64,000 nucleotides of DNA, taken from positions 29,512,001-29,576,000 of the forward strand of contig OX597839.1 of assembly GCA_951406725.2 (NCBI GenBank). The letters run 5' to 3'. This document shows, one piece after another, positions 39,646-54,008 of this stretch. Numbering within the stretch: the first letter of the stretch is position 1; each line of letters opens with the position of its first letter. This DNA is from Octopus vulgaris (taxonomy: Eukaryota). A program made the translations under genes and the position numbers. Below the pieces are notes generated by a model, which saw only the letters and a program-made list of their open reading frames with translations, made no database searches and was not told where the DNA came from.

Positions 39646-41564
39646 ATACATACATACATACATACATACATACATACATACATACATACATACATACATA
39701 CACACATACATACATACATACATACATACATACATACATACATACATACATACATACATACATACATACATACATACATACATACATACATACATACATA
39801 CATACATACATACATAAATGTAGCGTATGGTCTTGTGATAAGGGTGCGTGATAGTGGTTTCGGTTCCGACTGTGTGTTGTGTTGAGTTCTTCACCTCTTT
39901 TTGTTTATAAAATAGGATTTATAACTGATAACAGATTCGACAGAGATTTTTGTTTCAAGAACATTTGTACAGTGTCGGCAGAAAACGAGAAGGTCTTGTT
40001 TATTGGACATATGAGAAACGCTCTAACTGCAAAGCTAGAGTTCGTTGCTTGTGGCAATGTAATTGAAAATATTCCTTATAACCATTCACATCTGCCAAAC
40101 CTGAGCATCCGTAGTTGTACTTTCAAATCAGTTGAAAACGTAAAGGAATGCGAAATACAATCAGATGAAGCGTTGTGCACCGTACTTCATAATTGTACGA
40201 ACGATCTATCTTTAAGCTCACGCGCTGCGTTTATACCATAAACGCATTTTCACGCCGTGTTCAGTGAATAAACAGGTGCAATGATGCTACAAATGATTTA
40301 ACACTAATGACAAAAGGTGATAAGTTTTAATTTTTAGAAAGTGACGATTTTTGTATTAACGAATTATTCTTGACAACTTTTTTCTTTTTGGTATATTGTT
40401 TTAATTTTTTAATATTTTTACTAGATAGAAATTTTTAGCAACTTTGTGTATAATAAATTGCTTCATATTTAAACGAATTTCAGCTACTTTTACTGAAAAA
40501 TAAAAATAATTGCCGATAATTGAATGTCGTAAATTTCCCTTTTGGTATTTCGCCATTTTGTCTTGACGATGTTTTGTTCTTTCGTTATTTGATTGTCGTT
40601 ATTGTAACTGTCGGCAGTTCGACTTTCAGCATTCAGTCTGCACACGTAAATCAGAAGAAGTGAGATATTGACACATTACAGACGCCAGAATACATTTTAA
40701 ATGACTGGTCTGAAACGAGAACAGGGTAAATATGTGATGACCTAATGGCACTGACAATAACAGCTGTTGCAAAAATGGCCGCAAGTATTTCGTAATCATT
40801 ATTATTTAGTAAAGGGATATAACTCACTTCTTGTTTGGAAATATTGTGTCTGTTTAACGTTCGATTAGCTTTGTTTTACCGGAATACCGGTCTACATTAT
40901 TAATTAAATTTTTTTTTCTCTTTGTTAATGTTTCTGCAATGGAAACTAGAGTCAAAGATACAAAAATTTGACGAGACTGCTTTTGGGTCTCAGAACAAGT
41001 GGCGGGGAAATCCTTTATGTCGCAAGGGCCCCAGCAGATAGTGATAGACATAAATCTTGAGACAAGATGACAAGATATTTAGACTCTTGGCAATAAATAT
41101 TCCAAGAAATAATTTTTTAGAAAGTTTCTGCTGGCTTGGACAACTGAGATACACCTTCATACACCCACACATTTGTGTGTATTTGTGTGTGTGTCTGTGT
41201 ATGTGTAGATGTGTGTGAGTATAAATGTGCGTACACACAAGTAAAAGAATTTGAGAGGGCGTATGGATGAGTAGAGTGACCGGCGCGCGAACTAACGACG
41301 GCTTAATAGTCAACAATAGATGACAATAACGAGATTTAGAAAAAGAGAAAGAAAATAGATGGCTTTAAATACGAAGACAATGAAGGCTCTGTCATCCATT
41401 CCACCAGTTGACAGAGCGAGAGAAGAGTAAACCATCGCCAACTAGAAGAATATACATACATACATGTGTGTCTGTGTGGGGTGGGGATGAGTGTCTGTGT
41501 TTGTGAGTATGTATTTGTGTGGGTCTGTGTGTGAGTGTGTATATACAGGCATAGACGGGGGTTG

Positions 41565-42022
41565 CTGAATTAGATTTTGGGATCGATCCGGTACCGGACA
41601 AGAATTCTGGACTATTTGTTACATTTACTTTACTTTACATGATTACGATCTTACGTTAACTTTCAAGTCTTTCTCAATTATCTCCCTTTAGGCTGTAACT
41701 ATTTCGAATGGTGAATTTGTTAACTTTGGCTTGTATTAGATAAGGATAAACAATTTATTACTGTTACTGAATTTTCTACAGCCATCTTCACATTCCATGA
41801 CTACTATTGGGATCGATCAGGTACCGGAGAAAGATTCTGGATTATTTCTCGTTTTTCTTTTAATGTAATTTTTGAGAGCGGTCGGGTTCATTTTTAGTAA
41901 TCTCGTTTGTGAGAGCAGTCGAGTTTATTTCAGATATTCTCATTTTAAAAATCATCTCTGGCTAATCATTGAGAGTACGTTGGTGTTGCCTTGACGGAGG
42001 TTTGCACTCCCTGAGTGCTCTT
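41565..42022 (+). mobile_element. Helentron-associated (HINE-like) non-autonomous element, 3' part
   Basis: TTAGATTTTGGGATCGATCCGG..., with a second copy of this motif at about 41808, and terminal CCTTGACGGAGGTTTGCACTCCCTGAGTGCTCTT, a recalled terminal signature of this class. Confidence 0.5.
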
Positions 42023-42049
42023 ATTTTTCTTGTTTCCCTATCTAGTTTG

Positions 42050-42205
42050 GTTAGTTCATTACGTGTTCAGTTAAAAATATTGTAACTGTAACTTATAACA
42101 GAGACAGCTAGATTATTGATACCTATTATCTCGCATTGAGCTCTGTTTTAAGTATTAATCTAACTCGTCTATAGGACTCCTTCCTTATCTTCTCTTTTTA
42201 TTATT
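42050..42205 (-). mobile_element. R4/Dong-like LINE internal fragment
   Basis: Colinear with 58395-58535 (GATACCTATTATC..CGCATTGAGCTCT.TTTT.AGTATTAATCTAACTC.TCTATAG). Confidence 0.75.
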
Positions 42206-43231
42206 ATATTATTATCGATGTATTGCTCCAACCGTCTTAAATCATTCTAGTCTTCTAAGAACATTACCACTGTATACAAAGTAATCCTGTTTTATAACTC
42301 TTCTGCTCTACGACGACCGTTACTAATATGAAAAGAAAAAGAATTGTTCGGTTCTAATTTAAAACATTGTCAACTACGTCTCACCGCTTCACTTTCCAAA
42401 TTCACTGGCGGTTTCAAAGGATGGTGATGCTATGAATAATAAAATCGCTTCGTCCGTTACAAATAGCGTGTTTCACTTAAATTAACAGATCAAAAAGTGT
42501 TATCTATGGTTTTCCAAGTACAGTATTTTGTTACAGCATTCTACGATTTGGAACAAAGGATCAGAACAAAAGATGGGATTCTTTTAGACATTCCTATCGA
42601 TGGTTACTGAAAAATTTCAACTACCAGCAAACTAAAATAGTTCCCCCGCCTCTATGTAATGAATCTGTTATATTTTAAAAGATGAGCATATAGATAACTG
42701 AATGAATAAATAAATAATAAGTTTGTTTGTTCACAACAACTGCATCACGAGTTTATGCATTTTATACTGTAGACATGAAAGTACCGCGTGTTTTTACTCG
42801 GTAAAAGGTGAAAATATGTTCTACATCATAATTGAATAGATGAGTGTGTAAAGTATTGGTTTTCTCGGCAACCAATCAAAATTTTGTGTACATGTGTCAC
42901 GAGGTGTTTGCGATTATTTATATTCATATATTGTCAAGCTGCTTCTCTTTATCAGTCGTTTGAAAAATCGGAACCGTGAAACACAGAATTGCGATTCAAA
43001 CAGCTTCAGTCAGCTTCCAATAAAATCAACAAGCTCTACTTTATTTATCGAGTACTTTCTATCGCGCTTGTAAACACAAACTTCACCAATCTATATACAT
43101 ATACATACGCACGTACATGCATACACACACACGCACACATACATACATACATACATACATACATACATACATACATACATAGAATACATACATATGCATG
43201 AATGCTCACATATATATATACGCGCACGAAT

Positions 43232-43267
<36 letters not shown>

Positions 43268-43659
43268 GCACACACACACACACACACACACGCATATACA
43301 TCTGCAGAACAGAGTCGCATGCGGCAAAAATCAATAAACGATATATACGAAGCTAGCTTTGGTTCCAAGAATCGGTCAGAAATCGATGACTGGCATCGAC
43401 AGAAGTGTTAACCGTTGCTGCAACTCTGCTTTTTGCGTCTGTCTTGTCTGCCATATTCTTTGCTTTTGGTGAGACGGGGGGTGCGAGCGGGTGGCGGCGG
43501 CGGGAGGGGGGAAGGGGATTCTTTCGTTATGGTTGTTGTCATCGTCGCCGCTGTGCTTCTTGTTGTTGTTGTGGTTCGGGATATCGCTGTTGATGATGAT
43601 GATGATGGTGGTGGCGATGTTTGTTTCTCTCCTGCTTTCTTCATCTGGCTTCTCTCTAT

Positions 43660-43660
43660 T

Positions 43661-43704
<44 letters not shown>

Positions 43705-43786
43705 CTTCTCTTCTCTCATTCTATTTATCCATGTCTCTATTTACCTGTTTATTTCCACTTTCCTTCCTTTTCTTCCTTCTTTCTTT

Positions 43787-43822
<36 letters not shown>

Positions 43823-43935
43823 ACTCCTATCTTTCGGTCCATTTTGATTAACTTTCTCCATCTCTCTTTTCAATTTCGCTTGTTTCCCGTCTCATTTCGT
43901 TTCTCTCCGTCTCTCTCTCTCTCTCCGTCTCTCTT

Positions 43936-43974
<39 letters not shown>

Positions 43975-44960
43975 TACACATATACACATGCACACACACA
44001 CACGCTCTCTTTCTCTCTCTCTCTATCTATCTATTTATCTATTTTGCTTGGCTATCTCTCCCTGTCTTACTCCCCCTCTCACAATTATTTACTTCTTTCT
44101 CTCTCTCTCCCTTCGTCTTTCTATCTGCTTATCTCGACCCTATTTTAATCTTTCCTTCCTTCTATACTTCACTCCTTTTCCTCCCCTCACACTCTCTCTC
44201 TCTCTTACACACATTTACACCTCTCTCTTTCTCTCCTTCTCTCTCTTAACTATTCCATCTTCCTCTTTCTCTCTATATCATTCTCTATCCTTTTCATCTC
44301 CCACTCTCTCTCTCCTACTCTCTCTGTATATCAATGACTTTATCAACATCAAACATCTCTCACTCTTTCTCTCTCCCTCTTTTCTCTGTCTTTCTGCTTG
44401 TCTCCCTCTCTCACAGTGTGCCTGTCTGCCTGCCTCTCTCTCTCTCTCTCTCTCTGCACTGTATCTTTGGCTATCTCTTTTTCTATCTCTGTCTCTCTCT
44501 CTCACTGTCTGTCTGTCTCTCTTTCTCTGTCTCACTCTCTCACAATCCGTCTGTCTGTCTCTCTGTATGTCAGTCCAGCTGGTTGGCTCTGTCTGTATGT
44601 CGGTTTGTCTCTCTGTCTATGTCTGTCTCTCTCTCTTTCTCTGCCTGACAATCTGCATGTCTGCCTACTGTCTGTCTCTCTTTCTTCTCTCTCTGTCTTT
44701 CTCCTCTCTTTCCTCTTTTTCCTCTCTTTCTTCTCTCTCTTTCTCCTCCTCTCTCTCTCCGTATCTCTCTTTCTCTGCCTGGCTATCTGCATATCTGCCT
44801 ACTGTCTCTCTCCTCTTTTTCTCCTCTCTCTTTCTCGCCTTTCTCTCTCCTCTCTCTCCTCTCTTTCACTTCTCTCCCTCCCCCTTTTCTCCTCTCTCTC
44901 CTTTCCCTTCTCTCTCCTCCGTCCCTCTCTGTTATTCTCATACTCTTTCCCTCTCTCACT
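43660..44960. repeat. About 1.3-kb polypyrimidine (CT-rich) tract
   Basis: Direct reading; source of the spurious 515-aa Leu/Ser ORF. Confidence 0.92.
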
Positions 44961-45724
44961 GATTCTACTGCTATCAATGTTGATTGTCGTGGTGCCAGTA
45001 TATGTACTTTGGTGCAGTAACGGTGGTAGTTTTACCGTTGTGACAGTAGCATGGGTAGAGTGTTGTAGTGAAGGTGGTAGTGTTATCTTCGCAATTGAGT
45101 GCGCGTTGTTATTGTTCTTTAGCCCTGGGTCAAGCTTCATCAGGCTTCATCCTACAGATCTGTGATAAAAGACGTTCCAGCTATGACCAACTGTATGATT
45201 TTATTTATTTATTTTCTTTTTGTTTCTTTTCTCTTCGACGCATTATTTATTGTGACCTTCGCGTTTAGTGGGACATAAGGAAAATCTAGTTGTTATTTCT
45301 AGCCGCTCGAAAGACCACATAGAAGTCCCTTTGCGTAGGAATATTAGCGAGTGTAGCTTTGGCTGTAGCAACAGTGGTTGATGTTGTTGTTATTGGTTGT
45401 AGTGGTGGTGATGGCGGCGGTGGTGGTGGTGGTGGTGGTGAATACGGCTTGTGATGTTGGTGACTGCTGCTGGTGGCGGTGCTGCTGGTGGTGAGGTTGT
45501 CATTGGTGGTGGTGGTCATCGTTGTAGTGGTTGTTGTGACCATCATTATAGTAGCAGTGATAGTGTTGGTGCCGAGGATGTTAATGGCATTGTTGTTGCA
45601 ACAGCAACAACAGACAGTCTTATAGTAGTCGTAGTAGTAGTAGTAGTAGTAGTAGCAGCAGCAGTAGTAGTAGTAGTAGTAGTAGAGTAACAGCAGCAGC
45701 AGTAGTAGTAGTTGCAGCAGCAGC

Positions 45725-45783
<59 letters not shown>

Positions 45784-46049
45784 AGAGTGCGGCGGTTAAA
45801 GCAAGCGATCGTCTGAAGTAGCAGGGATCGAAGTGGATTGATGGAGTCCTGCAAAGCCGATTGCGTTGTTCCAATTGGTCGATCTGGTGCGAAGACGCTT
45901 CGCTCTCGCTGGCTCTCGCTGGCTCTCGCTGGCTCCCGAGATAAAAGCAATGCAGTCGCACTGAATCAAAGTGAACAGAATGACAGACAGTACTTTCAGA
46001 TTAATTAGTTGATTAATTAATTGATTACTTCCAATATCTTTCATATGTT

Positions 46050-46220
46050 ATCTTTTTCTTCTTTCAGTCAATAGACAGCGGCCATGCTGGAGCACTGCCT
46101 TGAAGGAATCGATCCCAGTGTTTGATATCGCTTTGTAAAACCCGGTACTTATTCTATCGATCTCTTTTGCAGAGCCGCTAAGTTACGGGAGCATAAACAC
46201 ACCTGCACCGGTTGTCAGGC
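46050..46220 (-). mobile_element. OR-type SINE 3' half
   Basis: Reverse complement of 47185-47360. Confidence 0.8.
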
Positions 46221-46736
46221 GTGTGAAAGTATCTTGACTTCCCATCATGATTCTCGGAAACTGGACCGTCTTAGAGGTTGTAAACTTTTGGGAGTAGTCA
46301 TTGCTGTGAGATTAAGTTCACTTGATAACCAAGTCGGTTGTAGTTCAATCCCACTACGCATTTACTTTGGAAAATTATATTCTTCCACAGCTTGGGGTCG
46401 ATCAAAACCTCGTGGATGATGTCTGTTCGACGGAAATTTGTATGGGTATCTGTCCAAGGGACCGTCCCTGACCGACTTAATGTCACCCGTTTTAAAACCA
46501 CCACCTGGTCCTTGCGTACTTTAGGGGTGCCCTCTCTGTCATAAGCTTTCGAGACAAGCCTCTAGTTTGAAGCTAACTTCCACCTTTCTTCATATCAATT
46601 ACGAAGGCCCAACGAGAATCAGGGGAACAACCGTTCCTCCCCTAACGGAACTTGAAAAAAAGTTTAGTAAAATAAAATTACAGCTGCTACAAGACACCAG
46701 CTGCCTTTAAAATCAGTCGCGAACAAGTTTCAAGTA

Positions 46737-46807
<71 letters not shown>

Positions 46808-46993
46808 CATACACACACACTACACATACATACACATACATACATACACACACACACACGGGTGTCATCACTACTACATGAACTTGAAGATAGCTTAATT
46901 TAATGCATGAAAGTACAAGTTCAATCAGAATGAATATTTAATATTCTATCATTTCATTTCATTATATTATATCATAATAACATTGTAAATATA

Positions 46994-47360
46994 GGCGCAG
47001 GAGTGGCTGTCTGGTAAGTAGGTTGTTTACCAACCACATGGTTCCGGGTGTCTTCTACTATAACCTCGGGCCGACCAAAGCCTTGTGAGTGGATTTGGTA
47101 GACGGAAACTGAAAGAAGCCCATTGTTTCTATATATACATATATGCGTGTGTGTGTTTCTGTGTCTGTGTTTGTCCCCTTAGCATTGCTTGATAACCGAT
47201 GCTGGTGTGTTTATGTCCCCGTTACTTAGCGCTTCGGCAAAAGAGACCGATAGAATAATTACTGGGCTTACAAAAGAATAAGTCCCGGGGTCGAGTTGCT
47301 CGATTAAAGGCGGCGCTCCAGCATGGCCGCAGTCAAATGACTGAAGCAAGTAAAAGAATA
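46994..47360 (+). mobile_element. OR-type (CORE-like) SINE with a small internal deletion
   Basis: GGCGCAGGAGTGGCTGTCTGGTAAG...ATGGTTCCGGG|TGTCTTCTACTATA (the B-box/CORE segment is missing), internal TA/TG repeat, conserved tail. Confidence 0.9.
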
Positions 47361-47388
47361 ACGTGAAAATAACGTTGGAATTTCTTTG

Positions 47389-47431
<43 letters not shown>

Positions 47432-47437
47432 TATGTA

Positions 47438-47570
47438 CAAGGCCGGATTAAAACCCATCGAGGCCCTAAGCACTTAAAAGATTTTGGTGCCCCCATAAAA
47501 GATTATGCAATTCAAAATATAAACAATAACAAACCATAAAATAAATTTTTATTTTTCGAAACGAAGCAAA
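47438..47570 (+). mobile_element. hAT-type transposon left end
   Basis: CAAGGCCGGATTAAAACCCATCGAGGCCCTAAGCACTTAAAAGATTTTGGTGCCCC; same family as 34195-34240. Confidence 0.55.
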
Positions 47571-47965
47571 ACAGCCAGATGTTGACCATGAGTTGGCAGT
47601 CTGAAGAATCCAGTCTGAAATTGGTTCACTTCGTTACCTCCTGGGATAAGACGTTAGTTTAACGAGGGCAGGATTGTGTGAACGTCGGACTCAAATATTT
47701 AAGAATATTCAGTTATGACCCTCCACCATTTCAGTTGAAATACTGCCTAGGTGGACTTTTCCTTTTATCAGTCTGATAGTTGGTCTGTATGTATGTCTGT
47801 CTGTTTCTCTCTCTTTCTCTCTTTATCCATCTCTCCATCTACCTACCTCGCTTTCTATCTCTCTCCCTCTTTTTCTCTCCACCTATCTCTCTCTCCCTCT
47901 ACATCTATCTATGTATGTATGTATGTATGTATGTATGTATGTATGTATGTATGTATGTATGTATG

Positions 47966-48010
<45 letters not shown>

Positions 48011-48011
48011 G

Positions 48012-48074
<63 letters not shown>

Positions 48075-48169
48075 CTTCGTCGCTCTTCACATCTTTTCTT
48101 CCTTACTCTTTACTGGTTTCAACCAAAGGCTGGGGCCATGCTGAAGCATCCCCTTTCAGTGCTTTGGAG

Positions 48170-48790
48170 TCTTTTTTCGGTACTGGTTTCGATGGAGAAG
48201 CGAGTTGGACGGAGCGGCTCTTCTTTGTGCCTCCAGCCGCGATGTGGTCTCAACTGGGATTTCAGACAGAAATTTGTTCAGGTGCTTTTTGAACGTTTCC
48301 ACATCTACACCTTACAGATCTTTTAAGTTCCTTGGCAAGACGTTAAACCCCTGAAACAAGCTGTTGCAATACAGGGTCCTTATCTGAGATGAAGAAGACG
48401 GTATAGTTGGTATTATGCAGTGCCGTCCAGTTCGGTGTTGGTATAGCTTATAATTCCAAAGCTGGGGGCTAGACCTTCCAGAACCTTCCATATGTATATC
48501 ACTGCATACCTTTCTCACCTTCTCTTCAGGGATTAGAGTTTCGCTTCTTGTAACCTCTCCCAGTAGCTCATCTGTTTTACCGAATCAATCTTCTTTGTGT
48601 CGTGACGCTGGATTGTCTCAAATTGCGCCACTAATTTGGCGGTCTGTGGCGACTCCAGAGGGATACCATGCTACTCCTATGAAATAGCATGGTATCCCTA
48701 TTTCCAGTTCTGAATGAGCTAAGGATCCATCTAGCCACTCGACTGCACAATATTACCAACTCCATAATATGCACATGGCATCGTTGCATC
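48170..48790 (-). mobile_element. CR1-like LINE 3' fragment
   Basis: Minus strand: IQR..TKKI...SYWERL...SLKRR; RTGRHCIIP...YCNSL..FNVLPRNLKDL*GVDVETFKKHLNKFL...RAAPSNSL. Contains stops and frameshifts. Confidence 0.75.
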
Positions 48791-48964
48791 ATCCCTCGTG
48801 TGATGCAACATGTTGCATTACTCTGGACAATTAGAAAATTACAAAATAAAAACGGTTAAAGACAAATAAAACATTTCTTCCTTTAAACAAGATCTGTTCT
48901 TTGGTCAATCATTAATCATTAACAGATGGTGATAGGGGTGAGGAGTGTTGGAGTGAAAAGAAGG

Positions 48965-49160
48965 GGGAGGAAGAGGAGGAGGAGGAGGAGGAGAAGAAGA
49001 AGAAGAAGAAGAAGAAGAAGAAGAAGAAGAAGAAGAAGAAGAAGAAGAAGAAGAAGAAGAGCAACAACAACAACAACTACGACGACGGCGACGATGACCG
49101 CAACAGCAGCAACAAAAATAACAACAAAAACAGCAATGACAGCGACGACAAGAAGACAAC
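48965..49160. repeat. (AGG)n/(AAG)n/(AAC)n trinucleotide block
   Basis: Direct reading. Confidence 0.95.
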
Positions 49161-50957
49161 GAAAGAGAGAAACGAATGTCGGCGGGTGGGGGATTCTTTT
49201 CTTTTTCTTTTTCTTTTTTCTGTAACCCTGAAGCTTTTCTTTTCCTTTCTTTTCTTTTCTTTTTTGTTGCTATTCAGAATAAATTTACCACAATTTTAGT
49301 CTTTCGAGAAGCTTAGTTTAAGATTGTTCAGAGAATTTATATCTTGTTTAAATGCACAATGCCACCATGCATATTTAATCGATCCGGCCCCGGCATTTGA
49401 ATACACATGCATACATACATGCATACATTTATATACATACGTACATACATAAATTTATATATATATACATATATATGTGAGTGTGTATGTGTATATATAT
49501 ATGTGTGAATATATATATATGTATGTATGTGTGTATGTATGTATGTATGTATGTATGTATGTATGTATGTATGTATGTATGTATGTATGTATGTGTGAGT
49601 GTATGTGAGTGAATGTGTGCGTGTGTCTGTGTATGTAGCTATCTATATATATATCTATAGTTATATACCTATATATAATGGACTCTCCTGTCGGTTTCGT
49701 ATGCGAATCCAACAGCCTACACACTTTCTCTATTCAGTCCTAATGCTTATATGTCGAATGTGACATTTAAGTCCCGCCAACGATTTGCCAAGAAGCTTGC
49801 ACATGTTGCAAGTGTGAGGATTTCGGGTCAGTGCAAGAAATGTATATTTGCAGCCGCTTTTCTTCTTTGCTTTGCACTCCAAAGCTTGTTAATGCTGGCT
49901 GAAACAAAGCCTCTTATGCTATTGCAGACGTATCGGCCCACGTAAAAAAGTACTCAGAAACAGCTGTTGGACTTATAACACTTTACCTCCTCCCCTTCAA
50001 TTTTCCCTGTCGTTTGTGCTCTGTGTAAGTTTGATTTCTTCGTATATAGACATCTATTCAATATATATTCATACTTGAATATTCATCGTCTGAAAACTTT
50101 CAGTCTTTGCTTTCGTTTTATTTCCATTTATACATGATGGCCGTTCACTCGTGGCCGAGGAAGACGATTGCTGGCCTTTAGGAACGTTGTGCGCTCTAGG
50201 ACTAACTTATATTTTGCATTTGCGGCTCCCTTGGTGGCTAATGAATACATACATATATATGTATGTACACACACACACATATATATTTGTTCCTTCTCGA
50301 GCCATGAACTTCATTAGCTTACAGCTGTTTCTCCAAGAGATAGTTGAGTACTTGAGTAACCCCATGCGTGTACGCATATGATCGCCTGCGTAAATCTATA
50401 CGTTTTGTCTTAACGTCTGTTTCGTACACACACATATTTGTATGTATTATGTATGTTTAGTCCACATTTTGCTGGTATCTTGGTTTTATTATCATTATTT
50501 TCAAGAGAAATGCATCTCACATCTTCGATTCGATTATATTTCCACGTTTTACACGTTTTCTCGCCTCTTCACCCCGCCTCATCATCAACACCACCGCCAC
50601 CACTGCCATCACCACTTTCACCACCATCATCATCATCATCATTACCCTTATCGCTACATCACCCTTACAATCGCTACCACTTTTAACACTACCAGCTATC
50701 ATCATCACCGTCACTACCACCACCACCACCACCACCACCACCACCAGTGCCCCCATCCCACTAACTTAGCTGAACACAACCACTGCTCTCACCACCCGGA
50801 AGAAACATCATCGCCACTGCTACTACCACACAAACCACAACCCGTATGACCACATATACTACCACTGACACCAACACCGCCAATACTTTTACCGCTGCTT
50901 CTATCAACATCTTCAACACATCCAGCATCTCTCCTCACCATCTTCTTATTTTATTCT

Positions 50958-51020
<63 letters not shown>

Positions 51021-51262
51021 CACGCGCGTGTGCGTATATATGTAGGTTTGTATGTGTGTACTTATGTATATTTACATACATATGTATTTATGTATACATA
51101 GTTGAGTGAATGTATGGCCTGATAGATGGATAAATGGATTTATGTGTGTATGTACGCATGCACGTATGGGTGTGTATGTATATGATATATGCATATACTT
51201 ATGCATATAGTATATGAGTATGTATGTATGTATATATATGTATATGTATATATGTACATACA

Positions 51263-51328
<66 letters not shown>

Positions 51329-51389
51329 ATACATACACACACATATACATATTTCTTTATACATAAATATACATGCATACATTATATGT

Positions 51390-51424
<35 letters not shown>

Positions 51425-53402
51425 CATGCACAATATATATATATATATATATGTACACACAAAGACACATACATACACACACACATACATACATACACAC
51501 ACATACATACATACACACACACATACATATATACACACATACACACATACATACATATATACACACATACACACATACATACATACACACATACATACAT
51601 GTGAGAGAGTGTATTTTACATTTCCTTTATATCACGCTTTCTTCCATTGATTGATTCTGCATCTTTTTTTCCTTATCTTTCAGATGTTATCTCCAATTCA
51701 CGCCGTTTTTAAATAATCGATCTTGCCGTTACTAATACGTCTTGTACTGGACTGTTTTTCCCCATCTTTCAGTTCATCAATTCACTCTGTTCGATTGTGG
51801 TTTGATGCTTTTTGTTATTTGCCTTCTTTTTCTTTCATATTCTTCTTTCCTTTTTTTTCTTTTTGTTTTACTTGCCACCCGTTTACTTGGATCGCCTGCC
51901 AGCATTCAATGTTTCGTCTGCTTGCTTACAATGTCCGTCTGCAAGATTTGAAAAAAAAATGTCGTCTGTTTGCCTATTGGTCTATTGACTGCTGATACGT
52001 ATGTATATATTGTCAGCCAGCCTGTACGTCTATTTTCTCCTAACACACACACACACACACACACACAGATATATATATATATATATATAAATGCATATGT
52101 GTAAAATGGAAGAGATTGGAGTCAGGAAGGAGGATTACAGTCGGAGGTTTGTTTATTATTCGCTACAATTGTTTCGGCACCACGTAGTTCTCCAAGAATA
52201 CAAGTATTTGATTATGCAGCTGTTTGTTTGCATAATGAGTTCTAGTTGTGCTTCCTCAGGTGATATAGTGTTGTCTCCATTAGTTTAAAGTCTTCCACTT
52301 CAAGGCCATCCTCGCTGTTTGTAGTAGTTTGAATTTGGTTGTGACTGAAATCCTCATGGTGCGAGCCGTGAGAGCGCGTTTGCCCGACCACTATGGAAGG
52401 TAATGTGTGGCACAGGCTAGCCTTTCAGCGGTATTGCCTTCTGTATGGTTGTATTTCAGGTTTGTCCTTCATGGCTGGACATGTGAATTTCCTAATCTGG
52501 TCAGATACATACACACATACACAGACTAACACTTACATTCTCACACATAAACGAGCTCTATACTGTACTCTAACACATTCCTAACGGAATACAACATAAC
52601 TATACGTCCATCCATCCATCCATCCATCCATCCATCCATCCATCCATCCATCCATCCATCTATCCATCCATCCATACATATATACATGTGTTTGTGTGTA
52701 CCGAAATGATGCAGGTTCTTGTTTCCATGGCTGATGAGAGGTGTTCCTTGCTTAATTTCTCCATTTCCGTTACTCTTCTCCATGTTCCACTTCGATTTTC
52801 TTTGTGTGCGTGTGCGTGTGTGTGTGTGAGAGAGAGAGAGAGAAAGAGAGAAAGAAAGAGAGAGAGAGAGCGAAAGAGGGAGAGGGGGGATGATAATGTT
52901 GATTAAGTTAAATAATACTTTCTAATCATGACTTCATTTTTCTAATACACGGAGATATTATTTCTGAGGATTCAAAGGACAAAACAGCACTTAAATTGTA
53001 TTCTACCTCCAATTTCGAGTTCTTTTTAATCCTTTCTATCTTTTTGTATCATGTGCAATTAGACACACACACACGTCTAAGTCATATACTGATTGGTCTA
53101 AATACAGTTAAAACTTAGTTGGCGCGCTCACCAATCCGTGACACCTAAGCTACATGCTGATTGGTCAAAATACAGCTCATAAGAATCAGCCTGCTAGAGC
53201 CCATCGAAGAGAATATAAAAGATAAATCCAATCATTTCACTACAGGTGTCAGTTGTGGAACACGACTGTCACTACATAAACCTGACGATTGCGTAACGCA
53301 TGAAGGTACTAGTTTATTTCAATATTGTAAAACTGTAAAAATTGCAAATAGTAAAATGTGAAAATAAGACTAATGTATTCTTTATGCACAATCATACAAA
53401 CT

Positions 53403-53835
<433 letters not shown>

Positions 53836-53899
53836 GTACACACACACACTGACACATATTCATATGTACATACATATATACATATTCATACATACAAAA

Positions 53900-54008
53900 C
53901 GGGTTTCCACATAACAAACTCATTCACAAAGGATTGATCAACCCGCGGCTCTACTAGAAGACAACTTGTCCAAGGCGTCACACAGTGGGACTGAACCCGC
54001 AACCACGC
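53900..54008 (-). mobile_element. OR-type SINE 5' fragment
   Basis: TAGAAGACAACTTGTCCAAGGCGTCACACAGTGGGACTGAACCC. Confidence 0.7.

Noticed and set aside
39879-40241. 120-aa non-repetitive ORF
   Set aside because: No recognisable motif; lies beside MULE-like subterminal repeats (about 40550-40640) and may be decayed transposon DNA. Unsupported as a gene.
43415-44962. 515-aa ORF, the longest in the track
   Set aside because: Leu/Ser-rich translation of a CT-rich tract that lacks stops for compositional reasons; no domain motif.
52105-52500. Possible decayed LINE 3' region on the minus strand
   Set aside because: Could not recover diagnostic peptide motifs by eye.
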